A DNA stretch of 64,000 bases from a virus (Duplodnaviria > Caudoviricetes), in IMG/VR virus record IMGVR_UViG_3300032218_003059, positions 1 through 64,000 of that record; one strand, written 5' to 3'. The notes under the pieces are model-generated. The model was not told where the DNA came from. It was given only the letters and a program-made list of their open reading frames with translations, and did no database searches. The number at the start of each line of letters is the position of its first letter. Position 1 is the stretch's first letter. A program made the position numbers and the translations under genes. Below, piece by piece: positions 1 to 8,068 of the stretch.

Positions 1-219
1 AACTCCTTTCTGTTTATCTTTATACTATAATACTAGCAGGGGGGTCTGACATATTGCAACAGATAAAAGGGTCAATTCGGACATATTAAAAAAATAGTTC
101 GTGAGATAGGTCACAATTGCTCTAATATGGTCGCACTATTTAGACAAAACGGACATTGATAATGTGTGAATGATACAAGATAAAAATATATTAACATTTT
201 ATGAAATCTGATATTACAG

Positions 220-246
220 TTGACTAGAATATATAACTGGTATAAT
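220..246 (+). promoter_or_regulatory. Sigma70-like promoter (extended -10) for the oxygenase cluster
   Basis: TGG-TATAAT at 238-246; TTGACT at 220-225 (15-nt spacer, suboptimal); AAGGAG RBS before GTG at 260. Confidence 0.55.
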
Positions 247-259
247 TTACTTAAGGAGC

Positions 260-1360
260 GTGAATATGGATTTTACAGGCTGGGAAAAGATAAACGAGGA
301 CGCATACGTTTATAGAAATTTTTATTCCGATGAACTTTGCGATATGGCATTTAAGCATTCTGAGCAGGCGCAGGAAGAAAATAGATATAAAGAAAACGCA
401 GACAATAAGGGGATCTTGCTATTGAGCGTTCCCATGATTCAAGAAATCATCGATCCAGTAGAAAAAATTTTTGAGGGTACAAAATATTATGTAGATAAAT
501 TTTTACATTGGTACTCGATACCTGGAAAGCCTTTTGGGATACATAGAGATGACGAAGCATATGATCCAAACCCAAATAAGAAAGCTTATGGCGGAGTAAT
601 ATATTTATCAAATATGGATGGTGGCATATTATACTATCCAGAAACAAATACCTGGATGCAACCACGCAAGGGGGATTTAGTAGTTCAGTCTTCTAAGGTT
701 TTGCATGGGGCAGAACATGCAGAGGGTTATAATAAAAGAACTATAACATTTGTTGTTTATGATTCAACAAAAGAAACAGAACATTTAGGCAAGGAATGGC
801 ATGCAAAGTATAGAGATGATACTATTCGAGAATCTACAGAATGGTTAAAGTCTGAAATAGGAAAACGTTGGCAAAATCAATGGGCTCGGTGGGGAGTTTT
901 AGAAAAAAAACAATATTTGTGGGAAAAAGAAATATTTGTATCTCACGCATGCATAAGCCTAGGGCATCTAAAAATTTTTGATAATCAAATTGCTAATGGT
1001 ACAAATAAAGTAGATCTTTCAATAAGAGAAGCTATATTAGAAAAAATAGGAGCTCTATTCGATGCAAAGTATAAGTTTGAAGGATTTTATGAAATTGAAA
1101 AGATATCTGTTAACACTAATGTAGAACTGCATGATGATAGTTTAGTCAACCAAGATAAAGATATAGTAATAAAATTATTCTTAAATGATAATTTTGAAAA
1201 TGGAGATATCTCTTTTCCAAAAATTGGAGTAAGCTGGAAACCAGTTCGTGGATCTATGATATGCTATCCAGCAAATTCAAAATTTGCTAATGAGATAAAA
1301 ACTGTTTTAAAAGATGATCAAAATTATTTATTCTCATTTGGTAAATTAATAGTCGACTAG
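260..1360 (+). CDS. Tandem two-domain 2OG-Fe(II) oxygenase (prolyl-4-hydroxylase-like); second domain degenerate
   Basis: Domain 1 has HRD, YLSNMDGG, VLHG and KRT; domain 2 has HDD and FLNDNFENG but N replaces the distal His and the 2OG-binding Arg; GTG start with RBS. Confidence 0.8.
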   Translation: MNMDFTGWEKINEDAYVYRNFYSDELCDMAFKHSEQAQEENRYKENADNKGILLLSVPMIQEIIDPVEKIFEGTKYYVDKFLHWYSIPGKPFGIHRDDEAYDPNPNKKAYGGVIYLSNMDGGILYYPETNTWMQPRKGDLVVQSSKVLHGAEHAEGYNKRTITFVVYDSTKETEHLGKEWHAKYRDDTIRESTEWLKSEIGKRWQNQWARWGVLEKKQYLWEKEIFVSHACISLGHLKIFDNQIANGTNKVDLSIREAILEKIGALFDAKYKFEGFYEIEKISVNTNVELHDDSLVNQDKDIVIKLFLNDNFENGDISFPKIGVSWKPVRGSMICYPANSKFANEIKTVLKDDQNYLFSFGKLIVD

Positions 1361-1368
1361 AATAACTA

Positions 1369-1398
1369 TTGACTTTCGAAAATAATAAATGTTACACT
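1369..1398 (+). promoter_or_regulatory. Sigma70-like promoter
   Basis: TTGACT-18 nt-TACACT with TG extension. Confidence 0.55.
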
Positions 1399-1590
1399 TG
1401 GGAAGGTTTCGGGGGGTTACACTAAGGAACTCAATATACCAAGTATTCTTGGGATTTGATCCAGACTCTCCCCTACTTTCCAAAAAGTTAAAATTTGGGG
1501 GGTAGGGGGGGTTTGCTAAAAAATCTAATGCCCAAGTATCCACTATAGTATATAATATATATAAGAGATAACTATGTCGAAAGGCGAAAA

Positions 1591-2487
1591 ATGAAACCAC
1601 AAATTTTAACTAAAGATGTTCTGTTATTTAAGAACGCAATTGAAGATCCACAAAAGTGGATGGATATAATTAATGCATCTAAAACAAACAACGATGAAGT
1701 CCTAGGAAACTGGGAGATATGGCCTCCATGGGGACTTGGATGCAAAGTGCAATCACATGAGGCGGGATTCAAAGAAGCTTCTGGAGATGGCAAATGGCTA
1801 ATTGAACAATCGCTAGATAAGTTCTGGGAAGCCTTAGCCTATTACAAAGATAATACTCTTAATGAAGACTACTTTGCTTCTTTTGGAGCATCAAAAGTAA
1901 TTCCAAAAAGCTGTGAGGAAGAATCTAAATATCCATTTAACCCATTTAACTGGCATCATGCTGATATAGCTGTATATGAGTCTATTGATACTCCTGCAGA
2001 CCGTCCTTTGTCCATGGAATGGCATGTTGATCGCAGAAATTGGTTTGGCGGACAAAGACATATGCTTACATTTAACTTGTATCCAAACGATGACTACATT
2101 GGTGGAGAAATCTCATTTATTGATATTGAAGGTGCAGAGAAAAAATTTGACTCAGAAGATAGAGAATATTATTTAGTAGACAAACCTATAAAATATAAAC
2201 CAGAAGCTGGAGATGCTTTACTATTTAGAACAGATGTATTTCATTCTGTTGAACAAGTTATAGGTAATAAGTTTTATGTTCGTCAATTTCTTACAGCTCC
2301 TTTTACTGAAGATTTTCATGAGGAAAGAAGAAAATTTGATAATGAAGAAGATTGGGTAGCTCATTTAGCTGCAATTGATAAAGAAGGTCTTAAGGGCTTC
2401 CCGTTCCAAATGCTGCTATATGATACTCTGGGACAAGTAAGTTGGCAGGATGTTGAAAGAAGAACAGTCTGCGTATTAAAAGATTAA
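1591..2487 (+). CDS. 2OG-Fe(II) oxygenase (P4H-like)
   Basis: HVD, YPNDDYIGGEISF, FHSV, FYVR motifs. Confidence 0.85.
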   Translation: MKPQILTKDVLLFKNAIEDPQKWMDIINASKTNNDEVLGNWEIWPPWGLGCKVQSHEAGFKEASGDGKWLIEQSLDKFWEALAYYKDNTLNEDYFASFGASKVIPKSCEEESKYPFNPFNWHHADIAVYESIDTPADRPLSMEWHVDRRNWFGGQRHMLTFNLYPNDDYIGGEISFIDIEGAEKKFDSEDREYYLVDKPIKYKPEAGDALLFRTDVFHSVEQVIGNKFYVRQFLTAPFTEDFHEERRKFDNEEDWVAHLAAIDKEGLKGFPFQMLLYDTLGQVSWQDVERRTVCVLKD

Positions 2488-2561
2488 AATGTCTTCTCTC
2501 GCCGACGCACTTTTCGCACTTTCACTAGATATAAGTCTAATATAGGCAGTATGACTATATT

Positions 2562-3077
2562 ATGAGTAATTTAATTAAAAAATATTTTAAAGATACAGAT
2601 ATCTTCGTCATAGAAAATTTTTTAAGCAATAAAGAGTTAGATTATTTTGAAAACAAAATTAAAAATGCAAAATGGGATATTGAGCAGCGCTGGTACCCAT
2701 GGAATTATAATGTTGAGCCAATTGATGAAGAAGTAACAAATAAAATTATTAATAGAATACAAAGTCTTTTTACACAAAAATATTATTGGATGGGATCTCA
2801 TATTATTCAAAGAATAAGAGATGGTAATGGGATGGATGAACATCTGGACAAATCCGATCTTCTAGAACAACAAAACTCAATGGGAGTTGCTATATATTTA
2901 AATGATAATTTTGAAGGTGGAGAAATATATTATCCAAATTTAAACATATCATATAAGCCATTACGTGGAGCTCTAATATGTCACCCAGGTACTATTGAAT
3001 ATACTCATGGAGTTAAAACAGTATCTGGCAATGATAGGTATATTCTTTCATCGTATGGACTTAAAGCGGTTGACTAG
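2562..3077 (+). CDS. 2OG-Fe(II) oxygenase (P4H-like)
   Basis: HLD, YLNDNFEGGEIYY, THGV, DRY motifs. Confidence 0.9.
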   Translation: MSNLIKKYFKDTDIFVIENFLSNKELDYFENKIKNAKWDIEQRWYPWNYNVEPIDEEVTNKIINRIQSLFTQKYYWMGSHIIQRIRDGNGMDEHLDKSDLLEQQNSMGVAIYLNDNFEGGEIYYPNLNISYKPLRGALICHPGTIEYTHGVKTVSGNDRYILSSYGLKAVD

Positions 3078-3082
3078 GATTA

Positions 3083-3091
3083 TGGTATACT
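3083..3091 (+). promoter_or_regulatory. Extended -10 promoter upstream of tRNA
   Basis: TGG-TATACT, 42 nt before the tRNA 5' end. Confidence 0.55.
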
Positions 3092-3133
3092 AATATCATG
3101 AATAAAAGCTGGAATCGAATACGCTAATCCCTA

Positions 3134-3208
3134 GGGGATATAGCTTAATCTGGTTAAAGCACTTGTCTTATATACAATAGATTCTGGGTTCAAATCCCAG
3201 TATCCCTA
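3134..3208 (+). tRNA. tRNA-Ile with UAU anticodon (CCA not encoded)
   Basis: Hand-folded cloverleaf: acceptor GGGGATA/TATCCCT, D stem GCTT/AAGC, anticodon loop CT-TAT-AT (TAT at 3169-3171), T arm CTGGG-TTCAAAT-CCCAG, discriminator A. Confidence 0.9.
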
Positions 3209-3221
3209 CTAAGGAGTTAAC

Positions 3222-3821
3222 ATGATAAGAAGAAGCCTAGCAGAAGGCATAATATACGTTGAAAACTTCCTGCCAGAAAATGAAATAAAAATACTTCAAG
3301 ATTTTTGTAAGTCTGATGAAGAGTGGGGATCAATTCCAAGTTGGGATTCAGAATCTTTATGGCAAAACAACACTAGGCATGTGGCATCTAGTAAAGAAGC
3401 TACAATGGCTTTATATAAAGTAAATATTGCTATGGGTGAATTGGTAAATTCTAAAACTTCAGTTCATAGACCAAATTACACTATAAATAGATTTACTCCT
3501 CAATCTAATCCAGCTATAGAGGGATCTACATTTTGGGATTCAGAAGAATGGTCAATGGGACCACATTATGATTCTGATTATGGTCCACCATTAAACGATC
3601 ATTCTGGAATAACTCATGGAGCATTATTTTATATTAACGATGACTATGAGGGTGGTGAGTTAGTATACACAGAAAAAAATATTATATTTAAACCTAAAGC
3701 CAATACATTAATAATTCATGGTGGTGCAAAAGAATTTACTCATGGTGTTAAAAAAGTTACATCTGGAGAAAGATATACCCTCTCTACTTTTGCATTCACT
3801 GCAGGAAGCATGTACGTATGA
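3222..3821 (+). CDS. 2OG-Fe(II) oxygenase (P4H-like)
   Basis: HYD, YINDDYEGGEL, THGV, ERY; AAGGAG RBS. Confidence 0.9.
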   Translation: MIRRSLAEGIIYVENFLPENEIKILQDFCKSDEEWGSIPSWDSESLWQNNTRHVASSKEATMALYKVNIAMGELVNSKTSVHRPNYTINRFTPQSNPAIEGSTFWDSEEWSMGPHYDSDYGPPLNDHSGITHGALFYINDDYEGGELVYTEKNIIFKPKANTLIIHGGAKEFTHGVKKVTSGERYTLSTFAFTAGSMYV

Positions 3822-4339
3822 AACCAAATGTAGTTGAAAAATTTTTAACTCCAGATGGTGCAATATTTTTAACTAATTATTTTAGACAGATGGAACCAGA
3901 AATAAGAAATCAAATTGGGTTTCACTGGGGAACAACAGATGCATCTAGATTAAATCTTAGTCAACCAATAATTCATGCAAGCATGCACAAAGCAATTCAC
4001 GATATTCAAAGTTTAATGGAAAATCATTTTAAATTAGGTCTAAAATTAAAAAGGTGTTTAGTTCAAACCATCTATACAGGAGGAGAAGTTGGAGAACATT
4101 GGGATGACTATTATGCCGAAGAGGAAGAAGGAATAGCTCAAAATGTTTATAGCGCTATTCTTTATTTAAGTAATGATTATGGTGGCGGAGAAATTAAATT
4201 TTCTAATTTAAATATTGAATTAAAACCAGATCCAGGAACATTAGTATTTTTTCCAGGTATTAAAGAATTTGAGCATGGAGTAAATCCAGTCCTATTCGGA
4301 GAAAGAACTAATTTTATATTATTCTTTAATAACATATGA
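3818..4339 (+). CDS. 2OG-Fe(II) oxygenase (P4H-like)
   Basis: HWD, YLSNDYGGGEI, EHGV, ERT. Confidence 0.9.
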   Translation: MKPNVVEKFLTPDGAIFLTNYFRQMEPEIRNQIGFHWGTTDASRLNLSQPIIHASMHKAIHDIQSLMENHFKLGLKLKRCLVQTIYTGGEVGEHWDDYYAEEEEGIAQNVYSAILYLSNDYGGGEIKFSNLNIELKPDPGTLVFFPGIKEFEHGVNPVLFGERTNFILFFNNI

Positions 4340-4608
4340 TAAAGCCAGAAATTGTACATGAGTTAACAAAAGAATTTAAAAATGCCAGATATAGAGAATG
4401 TAATTACTATATGGCTGATTCCCTACTTGCTACCACCGCCATAGAATGGGTCATAGAAAGGCTAGAAGGCCACTTAGCCGATTGTTTAAATGTTTCTGAT
4501 GGGTATTGTAACGTATGGTACTCAGATAGCCATACAGAATGTAAAAAGCTAATGTCCATATTATACGATTTAACAGCAAATAAGAAGTATGTAACTAAAT
4601 TAGGATGA
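4336..4608 (+). CDS. Hypothetical protein
   Basis: 90-aa ORF coupled (ATGA-type overlap) to the upstream gene. Confidence 0.65.
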   Translation: MIKPEIVHELTKEFKNARYRECNYYMADSLLATTAIEWVIERLEGHLADCLNVSDGYCNVWYSDSHTECKKLMSILYDLTANKKYVTKLG

Positions 4609-5433
4609 TTCTTCTTCTAGCTTTTTCTTATTGATTATTTTATGAGTATTATCGCAATAAGGAAAATCTGCTGACTCCCCACATATGCATTTCTTTTTGC
4701 AGAATGTAGTTTCTGGATAAACTGTGTTTACCCAGCTAATTATTTCTTCTCTTTCGTGCATATGTGGATGCTTGTCTGGATTAAATAATTCATATGTTCC
4801 AGGTGCATGCTCTAGTTCCATGCAAAAGTTTGAGTAAGCATATCTAGTTCCGCCAGTAATTTTTCTTACTCCGTGTTCCCAAGGATGAGTTGCTCCATGT
4901 ATAGCAAGATCTCCTGGACGGACATCTATCTCTAAACAATCTTCAAAGTCTCCAGGTCTTTGTTTTACAGACCCATCTTTTTCAATATTAGGATAAAATA
5001 TTTGTCCATTTTCATAATCTCCAAAATAGCTTACTAGGCCATGACTAAGCCTACAACATGTTGACCATCTATCTAATTGAGTTAGGTTATGCTCCATATT
5101 CATTCCTGGACTATCTGCGTGAACAAACATTCCTTCGTCTCCAGGTCTCATTACGTTAACAAAAAGTTGTGGATGAATATAGTGTTCTGGATATAAAGCC
5201 ATAGAAATTCTGTCCCAGATTGGTTTAAGCTCAATAATTAAAGGACTAGTCTTATTTTTATACCAGTCAATTGCTTGATCTTCAAACTTGAAAGCCTCTT
5301 GTTTATTTTCAAAACCAGCTTCATGTTCTTTCATCAAAGAAGTTATTTGTTTATTTTCTTCTTCTGTAACAAAATTACGCCAAATCCAAATTTGATCTGC
5401 AACCTGTTCAAAATTTTTATTATCTGTAAACAT
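4600..5433 (-). CDS. 2OG-Fe(II) oxygenase fused to a C-terminal CDGSH-type iron-sulfur motif
   Basis: HAD, EHGV, TRY; C-terminal CICGESADFPYCDNTH matches C-x-C-x2-S-x3-P-x-C-D-x-T-H. Confidence 0.8.
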   Translation of the reverse strand: MFTDNKNFEQVADQIWIWRNFVTEEENKQITSLMKEHEAGFENKQEAFKFEDQAIDWYKNKTSPLIIELKPIWDRISMALYPEHYIHPQLFVNVMRPGDEGMFVHADSPGMNMEHNLTQLDRWSTCCRLSHGLVSYFGDYENGQIFYPNIEKDGSVKQRPGDFEDCLEIDVRPGDLAIHGATHPWEHGVRKITGGTRYAYSNFCMELEHAPGTYELFNPDKHPHMHEREEIISWVNTVYPETTFCKKKCICGESADFPYCDNTHKIINKKKLEEESS

Positions 5434-5601
5434 TTAATCCCTAACTATTTTTTTAGATCTAATGATTTTTAATTTTTTTAAAATTGATTTAATTTTAGCT
5501 TCGATAGCTTGCTCGCATTGAGCAGCATGCCCTTCTTCCTTATAATGCTTTGTTTGAAAATAAGGGTTGCTCATTTGTTGTTTAAAATGATCTCTTGGCA
5601 T
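5434..5601 (-). CDS. Small hypothetical protein (55 aa, not in ORF track)
   Basis: Hand-translated MPRDHFKQQMSNPYF...KKIVRD; stop abuts next ATG; TGC-TATAAT ends 6 nt upstream of the start. Confidence 0.7.
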   Translation of the reverse strand: MPRDHFKQQMSNPYFQTKHYKEEGHAAQCEQAIEAKIKSILKKLKIIRSKKIVRD

Positions 5602-5615
5602 ATACCTATTATAGC

Positions 5616-5701
5616 AAAGATCCCAACCAGAGGCGGATCTGATTGGGATATGCTGCCATTAAAGGCAAAACATAAGGAGCAATAAATTGCTCGACTTATG
5701 T
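5616..5701 (-). ncRNA. Candidate structured small RNA (three hairpins)
   Basis: Consensus promoter places +1 at about 5701; hairpins at 5670-5701, 5654-5667 and 5620-5649; no ORF. Confidence 0.45.
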
Positions 5702-5708
5702 AATACTT

Positions 5709-5737
5709 AGTATAAACTTAACTTTATTTTAAGTCAA
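5709..5737 (-). promoter_or_regulatory. Near-consensus sigma70 promoter
   Basis: TTGACT (5737-5732)-17 nt-TATACT (5714-5709). Confidence 0.75.
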
Positions 5738-5739
5738 TA

Positions 5740-5937
5740 CTATGCGGTAGGTAAAATTACACCTTTATGAACTAGTGAATCATAAAGTCCAGCACACATT
5801 TGTCTGTACTGAGGTCCAACGTGAATCAAAAGCTTTTCAAGCTCAACTAAATCCTGTTTTGCTGCAACAGCTGCTTGTCGTTGCATTATATTTAATGATT
5901 CAACCATAATTTCTACTGCTTGTTCTTTAGTTGCCAT
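5740..5937 (-). CDS. Hypothetical protein
   Basis: ORF track 5740..5955; start moved to ATG 5937, which has a GGAG RBS. Confidence 0.65.
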   Translation of the reverse strand: MATKEQAVEIMVESLNIMQRQAAVAAKQDLVELEKLLIHVGPQYRQMCAGLYDSLVHKGVILPTA

Positions 5938-6142
5938 TTTGTTCTCCTGTTTCATTTGCTGTATAAGACGGGGTGGGTCCTAATAAATATCCCCTATCAT
6001 GATATTCTACCATTTTACTGATATCATCACTACCAACAATTTTATTTCCAATTAATGTTAATAGGTCATAAATTCTATGAAGCATAATATAATTAACCAT
6101 TGGTAAATTATCTTCTAAGTTATTACTTGTATTTTCATCCAT
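5927..6142 (-). CDS. Hypothetical protein
   Basis: 71-aa ORF overlapping neighbours in a coupled minus-strand operon. Confidence 0.7.
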   Translation of the reverse strand: MDENTSNNLEDNLPMVNYIMLHRIYDLLTLIGNKIVGSDDISKMVEYHDRGYLLGPTPSYTANETGEQNGN

Positions 6143-6347
6143 TTAATTTGTCCACTTCTGAGACTATTTTAGAATAAAGTGATATTCCTAATGTTTTTTC
6201 GTAATTGCATTGAATGCAATATAAATATATGTTATCTTCATTATCCAAATTAGGATAAAGAAGGCCCTGATCTGTTGGGCAAGCCAATTTAGATACAAGG
6301 CCTTCTTGTGATAATGCTATATATTTAGATACATATTGTATCCTCAT
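6135..6347 (-). CDS. Hypothetical protein, possible zinc-binding (CPTD...CIQC)
   Basis: 70-aa ORF with GAGG RBS; Cys pattern. Confidence 0.65.
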   Translation of the reverse strand: MRIQYVSKYIALSQEGLVSKLACPTDQGLLYPNLDNEDNIYLYCIQCNYEKTLGISLYSKIVSEVDKLNG

Positions 6348-6357
6348 TTATCCTCTT

Positions 6358-6909
6358 CTAACTGTTAGGAAATGACTTGAGCCATTTCTGCGCTGGTAGG
6401 TTTAAACCTTTCCAAGCTGACCAATCTTTTCCGCCATTGGTCATATGATACGTTATCTCTGCATTTATAGTTGGGTCAAATAATAGCACATTTGACTTTA
6501 AGTTAAATTTTTCTTTACGATCAGCGCCGAGGTTTCCCAACATGTTGATCTGAAAAATTCCATAGGAACTGTCTCCAGTTTTCCTGTTGCCATTGTATGC
6601 CATAGGTCGTCCGTTGGACTCCCTTTTGGCAATGGCCCAAGCCGTTTTAAGGGCTTTTCCTTCAAAGCCTGCTGCCCACAAAAGAGTTTTTAATTCTTTG
6701 TCTGACAGAGCCGTAGAAGGCTTGTAAACAGTATTGCTGTACTTCTCTAAGGTTTCTTTCTTAAGTTGTACTTCTGTCTTTGGTTTTACTAACAAAGCGT
6801 TTGCTGGTACCATAGTATTGTTTGTAAATAAAAATAATGTTACCATTACTATTACAGTTGTACTATGAACAAAATCGCTAAGCTTTTGTTTTATATTCTC
6901 CATTGGCAT
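6358..6909 (-). CDS. Lysozyme-like / lytic transglycosylase with N-terminal membrane anchor or signal
   Basis: Catalytic RES motif, YGIFQIN motif, terminal WSAW; hydrophobic N-terminal segment. Confidence 0.8.
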   Translation of the reverse strand: MPMENIKQKLSDFVHSTTVIVMVTLFLFTNNTMVPANALLVKPKTEVQLKKETLEKYSNTVYKPSTALSDKELKTLLWAAGFEGKALKTAWAIAKRESNGRPMAYNGNRKTGDSSYGIFQINMLGNLGADRKEKFNLKSNVLLFDPTINAEITYHMTNGGKDWSAWKGLNLPAQKWLKSFPNS

Positions 6910-6936
6910 TTCCTCCTTTAGAGATAACGAACTATA

Positions 6937-6966
6937 AGTTTAGCATTGTAAATAAGTTACTGTCAA
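6937..6966 (-). promoter_or_regulatory. Sigma70-like promoter
   Basis: TTGACA-18 nt-TAAACT with TG extension; AAGGAGG RBS downstream. Confidence 0.65.
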
Positions 6967-6988
6967 GTCAGTCAACCAGAAAGAAGCC

Positions 6989-7978
6989 ATGCAAATATCA
7001 TTTTTTACGCCTACCATTAATATGAAAAACAACAATGGGTATGGTTATGCTGGATTAAACATAGTAAACTCACTTAAAGAGCTGGGTCATGAAGTTCCAT
7101 ACTCTTATCCAAAAGCACCAATTCAATTAAATTTTGCACAGCCAGAACATTTTAAAATGCACAGAAGTCAATATCAAATTGGATATACTCCCTGGGAATC
7201 AACTGTGATTCCAGAAAGATGGAGAGATATGCTGAATCATTGCGATGAGATATGGACAACATCAGATTGGTGCGCCAATGTTTTTGAAGACAATGGGTAT
7301 AAAGATATTAAAGTTTACCCGCATGGAATATCTTCTGCATGGACACCTAAAAAAAGAATTGACGATGGTGTTATTAAATTTTTGCATATTGGAGAACCAG
7401 CTCCAAGAAAAGCTGGCCAAATGGTTCTTGACGCATTTTTATTTTTGTTTGCAAATAACCCTAAGTACTCTTTAACAATAAAAGCATATGGCTCAAATAC
7501 AACTAGAGTATATAACAATTATATAGATAAAAATATAATTGGTCTTCCTGAAAATATGTATCAAAATGTAAAAGTTATAACTGATAATTTAAACGAAGAA
7601 GAGCTCGTTAAGCTTTATCACGATCACGACGTTTTAGTTTACCCTAGCTATGGAGAAGGGTTTGGTTTTATACCACTCCAGGCACTTGCAACTGGAATGC
7701 CAACAATATGCACAGCTACCTGGGCACACTACAAAGAAAACTTAGGACCATTAGCTTTAAAATCTAATCTTATAGACTCACCCTGGCAACATCCTCACGA
7801 AGGAAAAGTTTATGAGCCAAACTATCTACATCTACTTGAGCTTATGAGAGATGTTGTTTATAATTTTAAATCTTATTCTTCTTATTATTTTACTCAATCA
7901 AAAAAAATACATCAAAGTTATAATTGGTTGCAGTTGACTGATAAAGCATTCTCACCAGTAATAAAAAAGTTTATTTAG
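6989..7978 (+). CDS. Glycosyltransferase, GT4 (GT-B fold)
   Basis: HIGEPAPRKAG and YPSYGEGFGFIPLQALATGMP motifs. Confidence 0.85.
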   Translation: MQISFFTPTINMKNNNGYGYAGLNIVNSLKELGHEVPYSYPKAPIQLNFAQPEHFKMHRSQYQIGYTPWESTVIPERWRDMLNHCDEIWTTSDWCANVFEDNGYKDIKVYPHGISSAWTPKKRIDDGVIKFLHIGEPAPRKAGQMVLDAFLFLFANNPKYSLTIKAYGSNTTRVYNNYIDKNIIGLPENMYQNVKVITDNLNEEELVKLYHDHDVLVYPSYGEGFGFIPLQALATGMPTICTATWAHYKENLGPLALKSNLIDSPWQHPHEGKVYEPNYLHLLELMRDVVYNFKSYSSYYFTQSKKIHQSYNWLQLTDKAFSPVIKKFI

Positions 7979-8068
7979 TACTAGACCGCTAACAAAAAGT
8001 TTGATACACTTAGACTTCATTCAAAATTTAATTAACTGCTCAAGGCGGAGAAAAGGTGTCACTAAAAA

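Noticed and set aside
1346-1600. Minus-strand 84-aa ORF in the intergenic gap
   Set aside because: No clear RBS, low-complexity PPYPP arises from the G-runs, and it overlaps both neighbours; not excluded without homologue data
3167-3173. Ochre suppressor tRNA (TTA lies in the loop) and stop-codon recoding
   Set aside because: A canonical 7-nt loop with U33 gives anticodon TAT; all long genes are intact under the standard code and use TAA, TAG and TGA as stops
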